Origin: an uncultured Nitrospiraceae bacterium
GTDB lineage: Bacteria; Nitrospirota; Nitrospiria; Nitrospirales; Nitrospiraceae
Direction: 5' to 3'
DNA: 64,000 bases
Assembly (NCBI GenBank): GCA_963706325.1
Contig: CAVPLT010000004.1
Span: 704,001 to 768,000, forward strand
Below, piece by piece: positions 50,744 to 62,713 of the stretch. The notes beneath the pieces were generated by a model. It did not search any database. It had not been told where the DNA came from and was given only the letters and a program-made list of their open reading frames with translations. The translations under genes were made by a program, and so were the position numbers. How positions within the stretch are numbered: the stretch's first letter is position 1; every line of letters starts with the position of its first letter.

Positions 50744-52241
50744 ATGAGCATGGCCCTACGACTCTACCTTTCCAACGACACATCGGCCAGAGCCGCCGGG
50801 GCTGGTCTCTTGGCAGACAGCTGGTCGGAGCGTCCAGAGGTGCAACTCATCCGCACCTCATCCCGCGGCGCTTTTTTTCTCGAACCGATGGTGGAGCGTG
50901 ACAGCCCTGATGGCCGGCTGGCCTGGTTCAACGTCACGCCGGACGATCTGAGGTCCATCGTTGCCGGAATCGGCGGTACCTCCGTGCGATCGATTCCCTT
51001 TCTGACTCAGCAAGTCCGGTTTACCTTTGCCAACTTCGGTGAGACGGAGCCGTTGGCGTTGGACGAATACCAGGCGCGTGGCGGCTTGCAGGGGCTGGAG
51101 ATGGCCTTGCGCGCCACACCCGATGCGATCGTCGAGGAACTCAGGGTGTCGCAGCTACGAGGACGGGGCGGGGCGGCCTTTCCGGTGTGGAACAAGTGGA
51201 AGGTGGCGCAACAGGCGAAGGCCGACGAGAAGTATGTGGTGGCGAATGCCGACGAGGGTGATGCCGGCACCTATTGTGATCGCATGATCCTCGAAGGTGA
51301 TCCGTTCAGATTGCTGGAAGGCATGTTGATCTGCGCCCGAGCCATCGGCGCCAATCGCGGGTATGTCTATTGCCGGCAGGAGTACCCGGCAGCGGCTGCG
51401 ACGTTGCGGGCCGCCATCCACAAGGCGGATGAAGCGGAGTTGCTGGAATTGGACGGGGAGTTCTTCCCCATCGAGGTCGTGGAGGGAGCCGGCTCCTATG
51501 TCTGTGGAGAAGAGACCGCCCTGCTGGAATCCATCGAAGGCAGACGCGGAGTCGTACGAGCCAAGCCACCCTATCCGGCCGAGTCCGGCTTGTATGGAAG
51601 ACCGACGATCGTCAGTAATGTGCTGACCTTCGCGATCGATCCCCGGCATTCTCTCCCGCGGCGGAGCCTGGCACGCATCGCTGGGGACCGAACAGTCACG
51701 CGGCACGATGGCCTTGCAACTCGGGGGACGGGTAAAGCAACCGGGGTTGGTGGAGGTCCCGTTCGGGCTGACTTTGCGTGGGGTGTTGGATCAATTCGGC
51801 GGGGGCATGGCGCCGGGAGCGAGGTTCAAGGCCGTGCAGGTCGGCGGGCCGCTTGGGAGTCTGTTCCCCGCCTCACAACTGGACATTCCCATTTCGTATG
51901 AGGCCTTCGCGCAGGCCGGCGCAGTTCTGGGGCATGGCGGTATCGTCGTGTACGACCACCAGACTGATATGGTGGATCTGGCGCGCCACTTCATGGCCTT
52001 TACCGCCCATGAGTCTTGTGGAAAATGCACGCCTTGCCGCATTGGGTCCGTGAGGGGCGTCGAGATTCTGGAGCGGATTCAGGCCGGTAGCGGTACCGTC
52101 GATGACCTGCTTTTACTGGAGGATTTGGGGGAGACGATGAAGGTGGCCAGCCTGTGTGCACTCGGGGGCCGGGCGCCTTACCCGGTGTTGACGGCGATCG
52201 AACATTTCCCGGCTGAGTTTCGGAGCAAGCTCAGAACCTGA
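50744..52241 (+). pseudogene. fdsB: NAD-dependent formate dehydrogenase beta subunit (NuoF-like); +1 frameshift at about 51635
   Basis: LRGRGGAAFP, NADEGD, GAGSYVCGEETAL; then ESCGKCTPCR and SLCALG in frame 51708. Confidence 0.85.
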
Positions 52242-52281
52242 ACGGTCGGCTCACTGACGAAATCATTGAGGTGCGCATTCG

Positions 52282-55002
52282 GTGAAATTCTCGCTCAATA
52301 ATCAGGTTCTGTCGGCCACGGCGGGCGATACGATTTATGAGGCGGCAAAGAGGGCCGGTATTACGATTCCCGGGCTCTGTGCCTCGGACCACTTACATCC
52401 CTTCGGGTCCTGCCGGCTTTGCCTCTGCGAGGTTGAGGGCCAGGGCGGGCATGCCTGCTTCCTGCACCACGCCCGTCCGTGAGGGAATGGTGGTCCATAC
52501 GGAAAGCGAACGACTGCATCGGCTCAGGCGGAATATCGTCGAACTGTATTTGTCGGAACAACCTCATGGGGACCGAGCGCCGGAAGTGTTGCAGCGGTTG
52601 GCCAAGGCGTTGGGGCTCAGAGCAGGTGCGGTATCCGCAGCCCTCCCAGAGACTGGATGTCGTCGATCGCTCCAACCCGTTTTTTACCTTCGACAATGCG
52701 GTCTGTATTTCCTGCGCGCGTTGCGTCCGGGCCTGTGATGAAATCCAAGGCACCCATGCACTGACGATGCTCAATCGGGGATTTTCGGCGCGACCGGTGG
52801 CGGGCGCTGCGGCGTTGTCCGGCGATGCGGCCGGGTTTGCCTCTTCCAACTGCGTGTCCTGCGGAGCCTGCGTGAAGGAATGTCCGACCGGCGCGCTGAT
52901 GGAAAAGACCGTGATCGAGCAGGGGCCCCCTGAGCAGACCGTTCGCACGACCTGCGCCTATTGCGGCGTCGGGTGCACCTTCGAGGCCGGGGTGCGCGAC
53001 GGCAAGGTCGTGAAGATGGTCCCTGCGGATGATGGGCCATCGAATCAAGGCCATGCCTGCATGAAGGGACGGTTCGGCTGGACCTATAACGATGCGCCGG
53101 ACCGGTTACGTGCGCCTTTGCTCCGCCAGGGGAACGATTGGGTCGAAATTTCCTGGACTGCCGCGCTGGACCGGATCGCGCAGGAATGGTCGCGGATCAA
53201 GCAGACTCATGGGCCGGACGCGTTGGCGACGATTTCGTCGAGCCGCGGCACGAACGAAGAAAACTACCTGTTCGGAAAATTCATGCGCTGCGTCATCGGC
53301 AGCAACCATATCGACAACTGCGCGCGTGTCTGTCACAGCGCGACGGTGACAGGGATGATGGAAACAATTGGGGCGTCGGCTGCGACCAATTCCATTCATG
53401 ACCTGGACCTGGCGAAGCTGATCCTGGTGGTCGGGGCGAATCCCACCGAATCGCATCCCGTGGTCGGCGCGCGTATCAAGCAGGCGGTGCGGCGTGGCGT
53501 CCCGCTCATCGTGATCGACCCCCGGCGCACCGAGCTGGCCCGTTTGGCGGATCTGCACCTCCAATTGCATCCCGGCACCAATGTGGCGCTGTTAAACGGA
53601 CTTGGCCATGTGATCGCGAAGGAAGGGCTGGTCGATCAGGATTTTGTGCGCGCACGGACCGAGGGGTTCGAGGATTGGTTTAAGACGGTGGAGGACTGCA
53701 CGCCGGACCAGACGTCGCGACTCACAGGAGTGCCGGCCCATCTGATCTCCGAGGCGGCGCGTCTGTATGCCAAGAGCGGCGCGTCGATGGCTCTGCATGG
53801 CCTGGGGGTGACCGAACACCGGTGGGGAAGCCATGGGGTCATGGCGCTGGTAAATCTTGCGCTGGCCACGGGCAATATCGGAAAGCCGGGCACCGGGATC
53901 AATCCGTTGCGCGGCCAGAATAATGTCCAGGGCGCGTCCGATGTCGGATGCCTCCCGACATTTTTTGCCGGCTATCAATCCTTCGATGATCCTGAGCTCG
54001 CTGCCGCGCACCTGGCCATGACAGGTCGTCCGCTGCCTACGGCGCGCGGGATGAAGACTCCGGACATGTGGGATGCCGCGTTGGCCGGGACGATTGAAGA
54101 GCCTCTGGATCATCGGGTACGACGTGGCGCAGACGGACCCCAATTTGAACAAGGTCCATGAGGCGCTGAAGAATCTGGAGTTTCTCATCGTGCAGGATTT
54201 GTTTCTCAGCGAGACAGCCAAGATGGCGCATCTGGTCATTCCGGGCGCCTCGTTTCTGGAAAAGGACGGGACCTTCACCAATTTGGAGCGGCGCATCCAG
54301 CGCATCCGGAAAGCAGTCGAACCGCCGAACGGGGTTCTGCCGGATTGGCAAGTGGTCTGTGAAGTGTCCGCGCGGATGGGTTATCCCATGTGGTACGGGC
54401 ATCCCTCGGCCATTATGGATGAGATTGCGCAGCTGGCGCCGATGTTTGCCGGAGTGTCCTTCGATCGGCTGGAGGCGCCGGAGGGGTTGCAATGGCCGGT
54501 TCCCTCGAAGGACCATCCGGGCACCTCGTTGATGCATGAGCATTCGTTTCCGAAAGGCAAGGCGCATTTTGTGCCGGTGGACTATCTGCCGCCTGGCGAG
54601 TCGCCGAGCGAGGCCTATCCGTTCGTGCTCATCACCGGCCGTATTCTGCAGCACTACAACTGCGGCGCGCAGACGAGGCGGACGGACATCATGCAGGTGG
54701 TTGATACCGATGTGCTCGAGATGCATATCGTCGATGCGGCACGGTTGGGAATCACCGACGGCGAGATGGTCCGGCTCGTCAGCGCGCGCGGTGAAGCCAG
54801 ATTGCCCGTCATAGTCAGCGAGCGGGTGCAGCCCGGTGAACTGTTCACGAGTTTTCATTTTCCCGACACGGACCTTAACCGGTTGCTGTCCTCCAGTGCA
54901 GATGAGAGTTCCAAGTGCCCGGAATACAAAGTCTCGACCGTACGGGTGGAAAAACTTGCGGCGGCGCCTCCCGTCCCCATACATGTGATGCTGATCACAT
55001 GA
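52282..55002 (+). pseudogene. fdsA: Formate dehydrogenase alpha subunit (Mo/W-bisPGD, Cys ligand); +1 frameshifts at about 52448, 52619 and 54088
   Basis: GSCRLC, two CxxCxxC clusters, CAYCGVGC, DNCARVCH, LRGQNNVQG, EKDGTFTN, PEYK across four consecutive frames. Confidence 0.88.
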
Positions 55003-55841
55003 CAGCAGAGCCCTCCACCCCTGCAACCACTGCTGTGTCCGATGCGTACCCGCCGCCTGAGATCGCGGCGCGTGTCTGCAAAGTAGGGCTGGCGAAGGTA
55101 ACCACGCCTGTGTCGACGATGATCGCCTTGGCCGTCCTGGCAGGCGCGTTCATTTCGCTGGGCGCGCTCTTTTACATCGTCACGATGACGACCGGGAAGA
55201 ACGGCCCGCCGTTCCCGTTCGGATTGCTACGCGTGGCCGGCGGTATAACGTTCAGCCTGGGGCTGGTGTTGGTGGTCGTCGGGGGTGCTGAACTCTTTAC
55301 CGGGAATAACCTCATAGCGATGGCCTGGGCCGTCGGCTGTGTTCAGACCCGACAAGTGGTCAGGAATTGGATCTGGGTCTATCTCGGTAACCTGCTGGGG
55401 GCAGTCGGGACGGCCGTCCTCGTATTATTGGCAGGTGTGCACACGCTTGGAGACGGGGCCGTCGGGGAGACGATGGTCCAGATCGCGCGCAGCAAGATCG
55501 CGCTTGACCCGGTTTCGGCGTTTGCCCGCGGCATCTTGTGCAATGTGCTGGTCTGTCTCGCGGTGTGGTTGTGTATGGGGGCGCGGAGCGTGGCGGACAA
55601 AATTCTCGCCATTGTCTTCCCGATCACGGCGTTCGTCGCCTGTGGCTTCGAGCATTCCGTGGCCAACATGTTCTTTCTTCCCGTGGGGATTGTATTGGCG
55701 GGCGGTGGGCCAGATCCGCTTTCGGTCGTGGGAGCGGTGAGCAACCTCCTGTTGGTGACCATTGGCAACATCATCGGCGGGACGCTGCTGGTGGCGTGGG
55801 TGTATTGGTTCGTATATCTCCGGACGGATCCTGCCTCCTAA
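54999..55841 (+). CDS. focA: Formate/nitrite transporter
   Basis: LAGAFI, GAELFTGN, GILCNVLVC, FEHSVANM, GNIIGG; ATGA overlap with fdsA. Confidence 0.88.
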   Translation: MTAEPSTPATTAVSDAYPPPEIAARVCKVGLAKVTTPVSTMIALAVLAGAFISLGALFYIVTMTTGKNGPPFPFGLLRVAGGITFSLGLVLVVVGGAELFTGNNLIAMAWAVGCVQTRQVVRNWIWVYLGNLLGAVGTAVLVLLAGVHTLGDGAVGETMVQIARSKIALDPVSAFARGILCNVLVCLAVWLCMGARSVADKILAIVFPITAFVACGFEHSVANMFFLPVGIVLAGGGPDPLSVVGAVSNLLLVTIGNIIGGTLLVAWVYWFVYLRTDPAS

Positions 55842-55933
55842 TTTTCTACCCACCTGATTCACGATTCTGATGCGCAGGAGAGGCGTGGCAGTGGTATGCT
55901 GCACATCGTGATCCCCCAGCCTCTGTCAGTCTG

Positions 55934-57199
55934 ATGAATAAAGCTACCTTGCGCGCCGTCCTGACTCCGCGGCTCGGCATCATGCTGCCCTTGGGGTTTG
56001 CCTCCGGGTTGCCGCTGGCTCTCACGGGTGGAACTCTGCAGGCGTGGCTGACGGAAGCGGGGCTGGATCTCACGACCATCGGGCTTTTCGCCTATGTCGG
56101 GCTTCCCTATACCTTGAAATTTCTCTGGGCCCCGGTGATGGACCGGATCGTCCCGCCCTGGCTCGGTCACCGCCGTGGGTGGATGATCGTCACGCAAACC
56201 GGTCTCGCGCTGGCCCTCACCTTGATGGCGTTCATCGGTCCTAGCGCCGGCGCACAGATCTTTGCGGCGCTGGCGCTGGGTGTGGCCTTTCTCTCCGCCT
56301 CGCAGGATATCGTCTTCGACGCCTATCGGACTGATTTGCTGAAACCGGATGAGCGAGGATTGGGGGCTGCCACTTGGGTGATGGGTTATCGCATCGCAAT
56401 GATTACCTCCGGCTCGCTGGCGTTGATCGTGGCGGCTCGCCTGGGGTGGTCCTCGGCCTATCTCTGCATGGCCGGGTTGATGCTGTTAGGCATTGTGACC
56501 ATCCTCATGATTCCCGAACCCGAAGCAGCGCGGGCCGCCCCGCAATCGATGAAGGAAGCGGTGTGGGGACCTCTCTCTGAATTTTCGTCGCGTCCGATGG
56601 CCGGGGCACTGCTGGGATTGATCGTCCTCTACAAATTGGGTGATGCCTTTGCGGGCACGCTCACGACCTCCTTCTTGCTGCGCGGGATACAGTTTTCTTC
56701 TGAGGACATCGGGGTGGTGCGGGCATTCGGCATCGGGGCGACCATTCTCGGTGCATTTATTGGCGGCGGCCTGATGCCGCAATTGGGACTCTTCCGTTCG
56801 CTAATGGTATTCGGAGTGTTTCAGGCGTTGTCGAACCTGTCATTTTTGTGGCTGGCTTGGGCGGGGAAGAGCTATGCCATTATGGCGTTTACCGTGGGAG
56901 TCGAGAATCTGACAGGTGGCATGGGCACGGCGGCGTTTGTGGCGCTCGTCATGTCGCTCTGCAACCACCGTTATACGGCGACTCAGTTTGCTCTGCTCTC
57001 TTCAGTCGAAGCCCTCGGCCGCGTATTCCTCGGCTGGCCGGCTGCCAAGCTTGTGGGGCTGGCAGGGTGGGGGGCCTTTTTCTTTGTCACGTTTCTCGCC
57101 GCGCTACCAGGGCTGTGGCTATTGTGGGTGCTCCGGAAGCCGGTGACGCAGCATGCGGAACTGAGCGAGGGCCGGAGCGAGGCGAGCCTGTCTTGCTGA
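55934..57199 (+). CDS. ampG: AmpG family muropeptide MFS transporter
   Basis: LGFASGLP, KFLWAP, RRGW, SASQDIVFDAY, YKLGD, ATQFALL. Confidence 0.9.
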   Translation: MNKATLRAVLTPRLGIMLPLGFASGLPLALTGGTLQAWLTEAGLDLTTIGLFAYVGLPYTLKFLWAPVMDRIVPPWLGHRRGWMIVTQTGLALALTLMAFIGPSAGAQIFAALALGVAFLSASQDIVFDAYRTDLLKPDERGLGAATWVMGYRIAMITSGSLALIVAARLGWSSAYLCMAGLMLLGIVTILMIPEPEAARAAPQSMKEAVWGPLSEFSSRPMAGALLGLIVLYKLGDAFAGTLTTSFLLRGIQFSSEDIGVVRAFGIGATILGAFIGGGLMPQLGLFRSLMVFGVFQALSNLSFLWLAWAGKSYAIMAFTVGVENLTGGMGTAAFVALVMSLCNHRYTATQFALLSSVEALGRVFLGWPAAKLVGLAGWGAFFFVTFLAALPGLWLLWVLRKPVTQHAELSEGRSEASLSC

Positions 57200-57307
57200 A
57201 AGCGTTGGAATCGGGCAATCAGAAATCAGACTCAATAGTCTACTGGACGGCGTCACCGTCATCCGTTGAGTGGGGTAGCTCGATGTGTGATCAGGCCAGC
57301 ACAATCT

Positions 57308-57430
57308 CAGGATGCTCAAACAGGCTGTGCAGCAAGGCCGCAGGGAATGAAGGGCCGAGCCGTACCCTTGGTGTACGTTGAGGGGCGGAATGAGGTGAGA
57401 ACGCCGTTGGCAGGCTGTTTCAGCATCCTG
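57308..57430. repeat. Palindromic intergenic repeat, short form, copy 4
   Basis: CAGGATGCTcAAACAGGCTG...CAGGCTGTTTcAGCATCCTG; GGCCGCAG, CGTACCC, TACGTTGAG, GAGAAC. Confidence 0.75.
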
Positions 57431-57724
57431 CTATGACTTCACCTTCTTCTGCAGAAATAGAATGAACAGCATGAGAGTGGGTAGTGGAGCCAGTGCAAAG
57501 GGTGCCAGCCAGACCAGCACGTTTTTCCCCCGCACGCGGGCCTGATCGAACATCCAGATAAAGATCCATATGAGGAGGCCGATGTAATTCACGGCCATCC
57601 AGCGGGTGGTATGGATCTTCAGGCTGCTGATGGTTTCCGGTTCGCCCTGGATGAAAAAGATTCCGATGAGGAGCACGAAGGCTCCCAGGAGTCCGGCAAC
57701 CAGGCGTTTACTCCACACGAACAT
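57431..57724 (-). CDS. Small membrane protein (3 TM)
   Basis: Three hydrophobic segments; AAGGAG RBS. Confidence 0.65.
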   Translation of the reverse strand: MFVWSKRLVAGLLGAFVLLIGIFFIQGEPETISSLKIHTTRWMAVNYIGLLIWIFIWMFDQARVRGKNVLVWLAPFALAPLPTLMLFILFLQKKVKS

Positions 57725-57886
57725 AGGATCTCCTTCCGCTGAGCGGAGAACCGCTCAGACTCAACAACCGGGGTTTAATTTCGACGAAATCGGGCGTAAG
57801 CTAAACAGGCTGAGGGCATTTGTCAAACCTCTGGAGGTGCGTCTTCGCATCGATCCTGAGCGGAGTCCTCCTGGTCCAGGTGAGAA

Positions 57887-58258
57887 ATGAGCACGTTGAA
57901 GTTGGCTGGGTTGGTGGCTGGGTTGGTGATGGCCGTGGGATTGGCCGCAACCAATCCCACGATGGACGGCTATGTTCGCTTCGTCGAGGCGCGACTGACG
58001 GCTGAGATCGATAAAATGGACAGAACTGCTTCCCGAGCCGACCAGGAACTCATTCTGAAAATGTTTCGCGCCCAGGGCAGCAAGTTGGTCGAGGGGTTAG
58101 TGCGCCCCAAGACCACGAGGAGCAATTGGGGCTTACTGAGTCTGTTTGAAACGAATGTGCTGGAGGAATCCGTCCTGGTCCTTGGGGTGGCCGGGCAATT
58201 CATTCCCTTGCGGGGGGTGGAGGCGGCGACGTTAAAGGTCGGCCGACTGGCTTTTTAG
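57887..58258 (+). CDS. DUF4359-like protein
   Basis: N-terminal TM then TNP...Y; R.N..L.SLF; G..GQF. Confidence 0.7.
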   Translation: MSTLKLAGLVAGLVMAVGLAATNPTMDGYVRFVEARLTAEIDKMDRTASRADQELILKMFRAQGSKLVEGLVRPKTTRSNWGLLSLFETNVLEESVLVLGVAGQFIPLRGVEAATLKVGRLAF

Positions 58259-58319
58259 CCTCTGGTGAAAACTTTCTCGCGCCCTGTAAAAAATACCCCT
58301 GTTTGGAAGCCCATGGTAC

Positions 58320-58403
58320 TGTGGATAACCGGCTCAAAACCAGCCTCAAACCAGCCCCAAATCTGGGTCCGCAGCTATCACCAGCTTATCCCCATTACTC
58401 ACA
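58320..58403. promoter_or_regulatory. DnaA box cluster upstream of nrdJ
   Basis: TGTGGATAA (perfect, 58320-58328), TTATCCCCA (58386-58394), TTACTCACA (58395-58403). Confidence 0.5.
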
Positions 58404-58409
58404 GGTGTG

Positions 58410-58456
58410 CCACAACATTTTGTTTGACAAAAAAAGGCGATCACTATATCTAGTGG
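58410..58456 (+). promoter_or_regulatory. Tandem NrdR boxes overlapping a sigma70-type promoter
   Basis: CCACAACATTTTGTTT (58410) and TCACTATATCTAGTGG (58441), starts 31 bp apart; TTGACA at 58424. Confidence 0.75.
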
Positions 58457-58592
58457 GTATGTGCGGGTTGCATGAGAATTCGGCAAGGATTTAGATCGCA
58501 AGACAGTGCTCCTTTTTCCGCTTAGTTCCAGCTTATCACTGCCGCCTGTCGTTGATGTCATTTGTTAGCTATCAGTTTGAAGGAGGAAACCA

Positions 58593-61500
58593 GTGAGGAT
58601 TGAACGAAGATTCACCAAACGTGGGCAGAGCCCTTATGAGGGTCTTACGTTCGTACAACGTTCCTCGGAGATCCGGAATCCAGATGGATCGACGGTTTTC
58701 AAATTAGACCATATCGCTGTGCCGGAGCATTGGACCCAACTGGCGATCGACATTTTGGCCCAAAAATACTTCCGGAAGGCCGGAGTGCCACAGGTGCACG
58801 AGGACGGAACACCGGTCGTGGATGCCGCCGGCAAGCCGGTGCTGGGATCTGAGCGCGACGCCCGGCAGGTGTTCGATCGATTAGCCGGCTGTTGGACCTT
58901 TTGGGGGAAAAATCACGGCTACTTTAAGACGGCGGAAGATGCGACCGCCTTCCACGACGAGATGTGCTACATGCTGGCCTATCAAATGGCCGCCCCCAAT
59001 AGTCCTCAGTGGTTCAATACGGGATTGCACTATGCCTATGGACTGTCGGGGCCGGCACAGGGCCACTTTTATGTCGATCCCAAGCTGGGAGAGGTCGTCA
59101 GGGCGTCCAACGCCTTCGAACATCCGCAGCCCCACGCCTGTTTCATCCAATCGATTGAAGACGACCTCGTTAATGAGAACGGCATCATGGATCTCTGGGT
59201 GCGTGAGGCGCGGCTCTTCAAATACGGATCCGGGACTGGCACTAATTTCTCGCGATTGCGCGGTGATGGAGAATCTTTGTCAGGCGGCGGCCGGTCATCC
59301 GGTCTCATGTCGTTCCTGAAGATCGGCGATCGGGCTGCCGGCGCGATCAAGTCCGGAGGTACGACCAGGCGAGCGGCGAAGATGGTCTGCCTGGACCTTG
59401 ACCATCCGGATATCGAAGAATTTATCGACTGGAAAGTCGTGGAGGAGCAGAAGGTGGCGGCGATGGTCACCGGCTCCAAGGTCTGCGCCCAGCGCCTCAA
59501 TGCCGTGCTCAAGGCCTGCATGCTGGTTGATGCCCAAGGACTTGGCCATGTCGAATTGGATCTGAAGAAGAACCAGGTGCTGAAGGATGCCGTGACGGCG
59601 GCCCGTCGCGACATGGTGCCGGAAGCCTATATCCACCGCATGTTCGAGTACGCCGGTCAGGGCTATACGCATTTCGTGTTCCACGAGTACGACACGAATT
59701 GGGACGGCAAGGCCTATCAGACGGTCTCTGGACAAAACTCCAACAACAGCGTGCGTATTCCGAACGGGTTCTTTGACGTATTGGAACGAGACGGTGATTG
59801 GGAATTGCGGCGCCGGATCGACGGTAAGGTCAGCAAAACGGTCAAGGCGCGCGATCTCTGGGACAAGATCGCCTGGGCGGCCTGGATCTGCGCCGATCCC
59901 GGCACGCAGTACGATACGACTATCAATGAATGGCATACGTGCCCGGAAGACGGTCGGATCAACGCCTCCAATCCCTGCTCGGAATACATGTTCCTGGACG
60001 ATACGGCCTGCAATCTCGCCTCGCTCAACCTCTCCAAGTTTTTCAATATGGAGGGGGAGTTCGACCTGGATTCTTTCCGCCATGCGGTGCGCTTGTGGAC
60101 CGTCGCGCTGGAAATCAGCGTGTTGATGGCCTCATTCCCAAGCCGTCAAATTGCGCAGAAAAGTTACGAGTTCCGAACCCTCGGCCTGGGCTATGCCAAC
60201 CTCGGCACCATTCTCATGAAGCAAAGCATTCCCTACGATTCGCCGAAAGCCGTGGCGATTTGCGGCGCGATCACGGCGATCATGACGGGCGAGTCGTACG
60301 CGACCTCAGCGGAGATGTCGGCGGAGATCGGCCCATTCCCCGGTTACAACAAGAATCGGGAGTCGATGCTGCGGGTCATTCGAAACCACCGGCGAGCGGC
60401 CTACAGTGCCGCACATGAGGAGTATGAAGGTCTCACGATCTTGCCGACGTCGATCCAGCCGGAGCAGTGCCCGCCGGCCATGCTGCTCGCGGCCAGACGC
60501 GCCTGGGATCGGGCGCTGGAATTGGGCGCGGCCTATGGATTCCGCAACGCGCAGGTGACGGTGATCGCGCCGACCGGCACGATCGGTCTGGTGATGGATT
60601 GTGATACGACCGGCATTGAGCCGGATTTCGCCCTGGTCAAGTTCAAGAAACTGGCGGGCGGCGGCTACTTCAAGATCATCAATCAGAGCCTGCCGCCGGC
60701 GCTGGCGGCATTGGGGTACACCGATGCGCAGATACAGGACATCGGCGCCTATTGCGCGGGCCATCAGACCTTGAAAGGCGCGCCCTTCATCAATCACGAA
60801 GTGCTGCGTCAAAAGGGATTTGATGATGCGGAGCTGGAACGGCTGGAGAGTTCGTTGGCGCAGGCGTTCGAGATTCAGTTTGTCTTCAATAAGTTTACGC
60901 TCGGTGATGAGTTCTGCCGCGAGAAACTGGGGATCAGCGATGCCCAACTGGCCGACCCGACCTTCAACATGCTGAAGACCTTGGGCTTCACGCAGGAGGA
61001 AGTCGCGGCAGCGAACGACTATTGCTGCGGCACTATGACCGTCGAGGGCGCGCCCCATCTCAAGGCGGAACACTTGCCGATTTTCGATTGCGCCAATCGC
61101 TGCGGTCGGATCGGGCAACGGTATATTGCCGTCGATGCGCATATCCGCATGATGGCGGCCGCCCAGCCCTTTATCAGCGGCGCCATCAGCAAGACCATCA
61201 ATATGCCGGCGGATGCCTCGTTGGATGATGTCAAAGCGGCCTATCTCTTCGCCTGGAAGAGCATGGTTAAGGCGGTCGCGCTCTATCGCGATGGATCGAA
61301 ATTGAGCCAACCGTTGAACGCGTCCTCGGACAGCGGAAAAGGCGAAGAGGCGGCGCCCAACGTCATGTCCGTGGCCGAAAAGGTGGCCGAGCGCGTGCTG
61401 GTGCGGTATCTCCATAAGCGGCGGTCGTTGCCGTCGCGCCGTAGCGGGTACACGCAGAAGGCCATCATCGGGGGACACAAGCTGTACCTCCGCACCGGTG

Positions 61501-62135
61501 AATACGAGGACGGCACGCTTGGAGAAATTTTCCTGGACATGCATAAGGAAGGAGCGGCCTTCCGCAGTTTGATGAACAATTTCGCGATCGCCATTTCACT
61601 CGGTTTGCAGCATGGCGTGCCGCTGGAGGAATTCGTCGAGGCCTTTGTGTTTACGCGGTTCGAGCCCAACGGACCGGTGAAACTGAACGATCGTATCAAG
61701 ATGGCCACGTCGATCATCGACTATATCTTCCGTGAACTCGCGATCACCTATCTGGAGCGGGCCGATTTGGCGCAGGTGCGGGAAGAAGATCTGCGTATGG
61801 ATTCCATGAAGAAGGACGAACAGGATCCCGAATGTGTGGAAGAAGAGGCGGACATGACCGCTTTGTCGAAATCGTCGATCCTGACCGAGCATCTGCCTGT
61901 GCGGCGGAACGGAATGAACGGCGGGAACGGGCATGGCCACAGGGCGGGAAACGGCAGCGTGGCCCATAAAGTGGAACTGAAGCGCGAAACGTTGACCGTG
62001 ACCGCAGTGCTTAAGGAAGCCAAGGAAAAGGGCTACGAAGGCGATCCCTGCCAGAATTGCAAACAGTTCACGTTGGTCCGAAACGGAACCTGCTTGAAAT
62101 GCATGAGCTGCGGAGAGACAAGCGGCTGCTCGTAA
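58593..62135 (+). CDS. nrdJ: Vitamin B12-dependent (class II) ribonucleotide reductase
   Basis: [37 protein letters not shown]-terminal TSCPD-like region and CxxC pairs; AGGAGG RBS before GTG. Confidence 0.95.
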   Translation: MRIERRFTKRGQSPYEGLTFVQRSSEIRNPDGSTVFKLDHIAVPEHWTQLAIDILAQKYFRKAGVPQVHEDGTPVVDAAGKPVLGSERDARQVFDRLAGCWTFWGKNHGYFKTAEDATAFHDEMCYMLAYQMAAPNSPQWFNTGLHYAYGLSGPAQGHFYVDPKLGEVVRASNAFEHPQPHACFIQSIEDDLVNENGIMDLWVREARLFKYGSGTGTNFSRLRGDGESLSGGGRSSGLMSFLKIGDRAAGAIKSGGTTRRAAKMVCLDLDHPDIEEFIDWKVVEEQKVAAMVTGSKVCAQRLNAVLKACMLVDAQGLGHVELDLKKNQVLKDAVTAARRDMVPEAYIHRMFEYAGQGYTHFVFHEYDTNWDGKAYQTVSGQNSNNSVRIPNGFFDVLERDGDWELRRRIDGKVSKTVKARDLWDKIAWAAWICADPGTQYDTTINEWHTCPEDGRINASNPCSEYMFLDDTACNLASLNLSKFFNMEGEFDLDSFRHAVRLWTVALEISVLMASFPSRQIAQKSYEFRTLGLGYANLGTILMKQSIPYDSPKAVAICGAITAIMTGESYATSAEMSAEIGPFPGYNKNRESMLRVIRNHRRAAYSAAHEEYEGLTILPTSIQPEQCPPAMLLAARRAWDRALELGAAYGFRNAQVTVIAPTGTIGLVMDCDTTGIEPDFALVKFKKLAGGGYFKIINQSLPPALAALGYTDAQIQDIGAYCAGHQTLKGAPFINHEVLRQKGFDDAELERLESSLAQAFEIQFVFNKFTLGDEFCREKLGISDAQLADPTFNMLKTLGFTQEEVAAANDYCCGTMTVEGAPHLKAEHLPIFDCANRCGRIGQRYIAVDAHIRMMAAAQPFISGAISKTINMPADASLDDVKAAYLFAWKSMVKAVALYRDGSKLSQPLNASSDSGKGEEAAPNVMSVAEKVAERVLVRYLHKRRSLPSRRSGYTQKAIIGGHKLYLRTGEYEDGTLGEIFLDMHKEGAAFRSLMNNFAIAISLGLQHGVPLEEFVEAFVFTRFEPNGPVKLNDRIKMATSIIDYIFRELAITYLERADLAQVREEDLRMDSMKKDEQDPECVEEEADMTALSKSSILTEHLPVRRNGMNGGNGHGHRAGNGSVAHKVELKRETLTVTAVLKEAKEKGYEGDPCQNCKQFTLVRNGTCLKCMSCGETSGCS

Positions 62136-62183
62136 TAGGTGAACCTGATTTTAAGTCTCCGTTCTTGATAGGCAAGTGCTTTG

Positions 62184-62221
62184 AAAGAGAGGGGTGTTGC
62201 TATGCGCGGCACCCTCTCTTT
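62184..62221 (+). terminator. Intrinsic terminator after nrdJ
   Basis: AAAGAGAGGGGTGTTGC...GCGGCACCCTCTCTTT followed by T-rich sequence. Confidence 0.7.
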
Positions 62222-62713
62222 GTATTTTCGCATTACAAACGCCAGAATAGTGACGCAACCTTACATGTGCGGGATATTCTAGGGCGTTTTGGAAGTCTGA
62301 AAGTATTCTCTCATTTCTCTCCCATGTTGAGTTAAAGCCGAGCCGGTATCCGCTTAATGGCTGCTTTCTGATTCGCTCTGTTGTAAATTCGCTACGAGTA
62401 TGACCGCGGCGGCTTGGTGGGGGGCACGTACAACTTCAAAAGTTCACCTCTCACCTAAGCAATAGATAGCACCAGCCTTGGAAAGATGCTTTGTCGGGAG
62501 ACTGTTCTTCTTCTGCCTTCCGGCATTTGGACAGAAAGGTTTGGGTGAGTGAAAGGTCTCGGGATGTAGATGTAATTGTCTAACGACCCTTTTCGTGAAT
62601 TTAGACGGTGGTCCTCACCAGGGTTTCATCCAGGTCCCATCCGATCTCTCACAGAGTACCCTACCGGTAGTATCGCGAGCGGACTTCTATCTTTTTTATC
62701 CATGGAATGAACT

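Noticed and set aside
53315..53340. Selenocysteine in FdsA
   Set aside because: Active-site codon is TGT (Cys) in CARVCH
54037..55026. 329-aa - strand ORF
   Set aside because: Antisense to fdsA
58265..58590. Replication origin
   Set aside because: Only about three DnaA-like boxes, no dnaA/dnaN context; better explained as the nrdJ promoter
60306..61544. 412-aa - strand ORF (also 59295-60083)
   Set aside because: Antisense shadow of nrdJ, typical of GC-rich codon bias
58593..62135. Intein or intron in the long nrdJ
   Set aside because: No splice-junction or homing endonuclease motifs seen; length is explained by insertion and C-terminal domains
62230..62700. AT-richer intergenic region as ncRNA or cobalamin riboswitch
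   Set aside because: No recognisable conserved motif; likely promoter region of the response regulator
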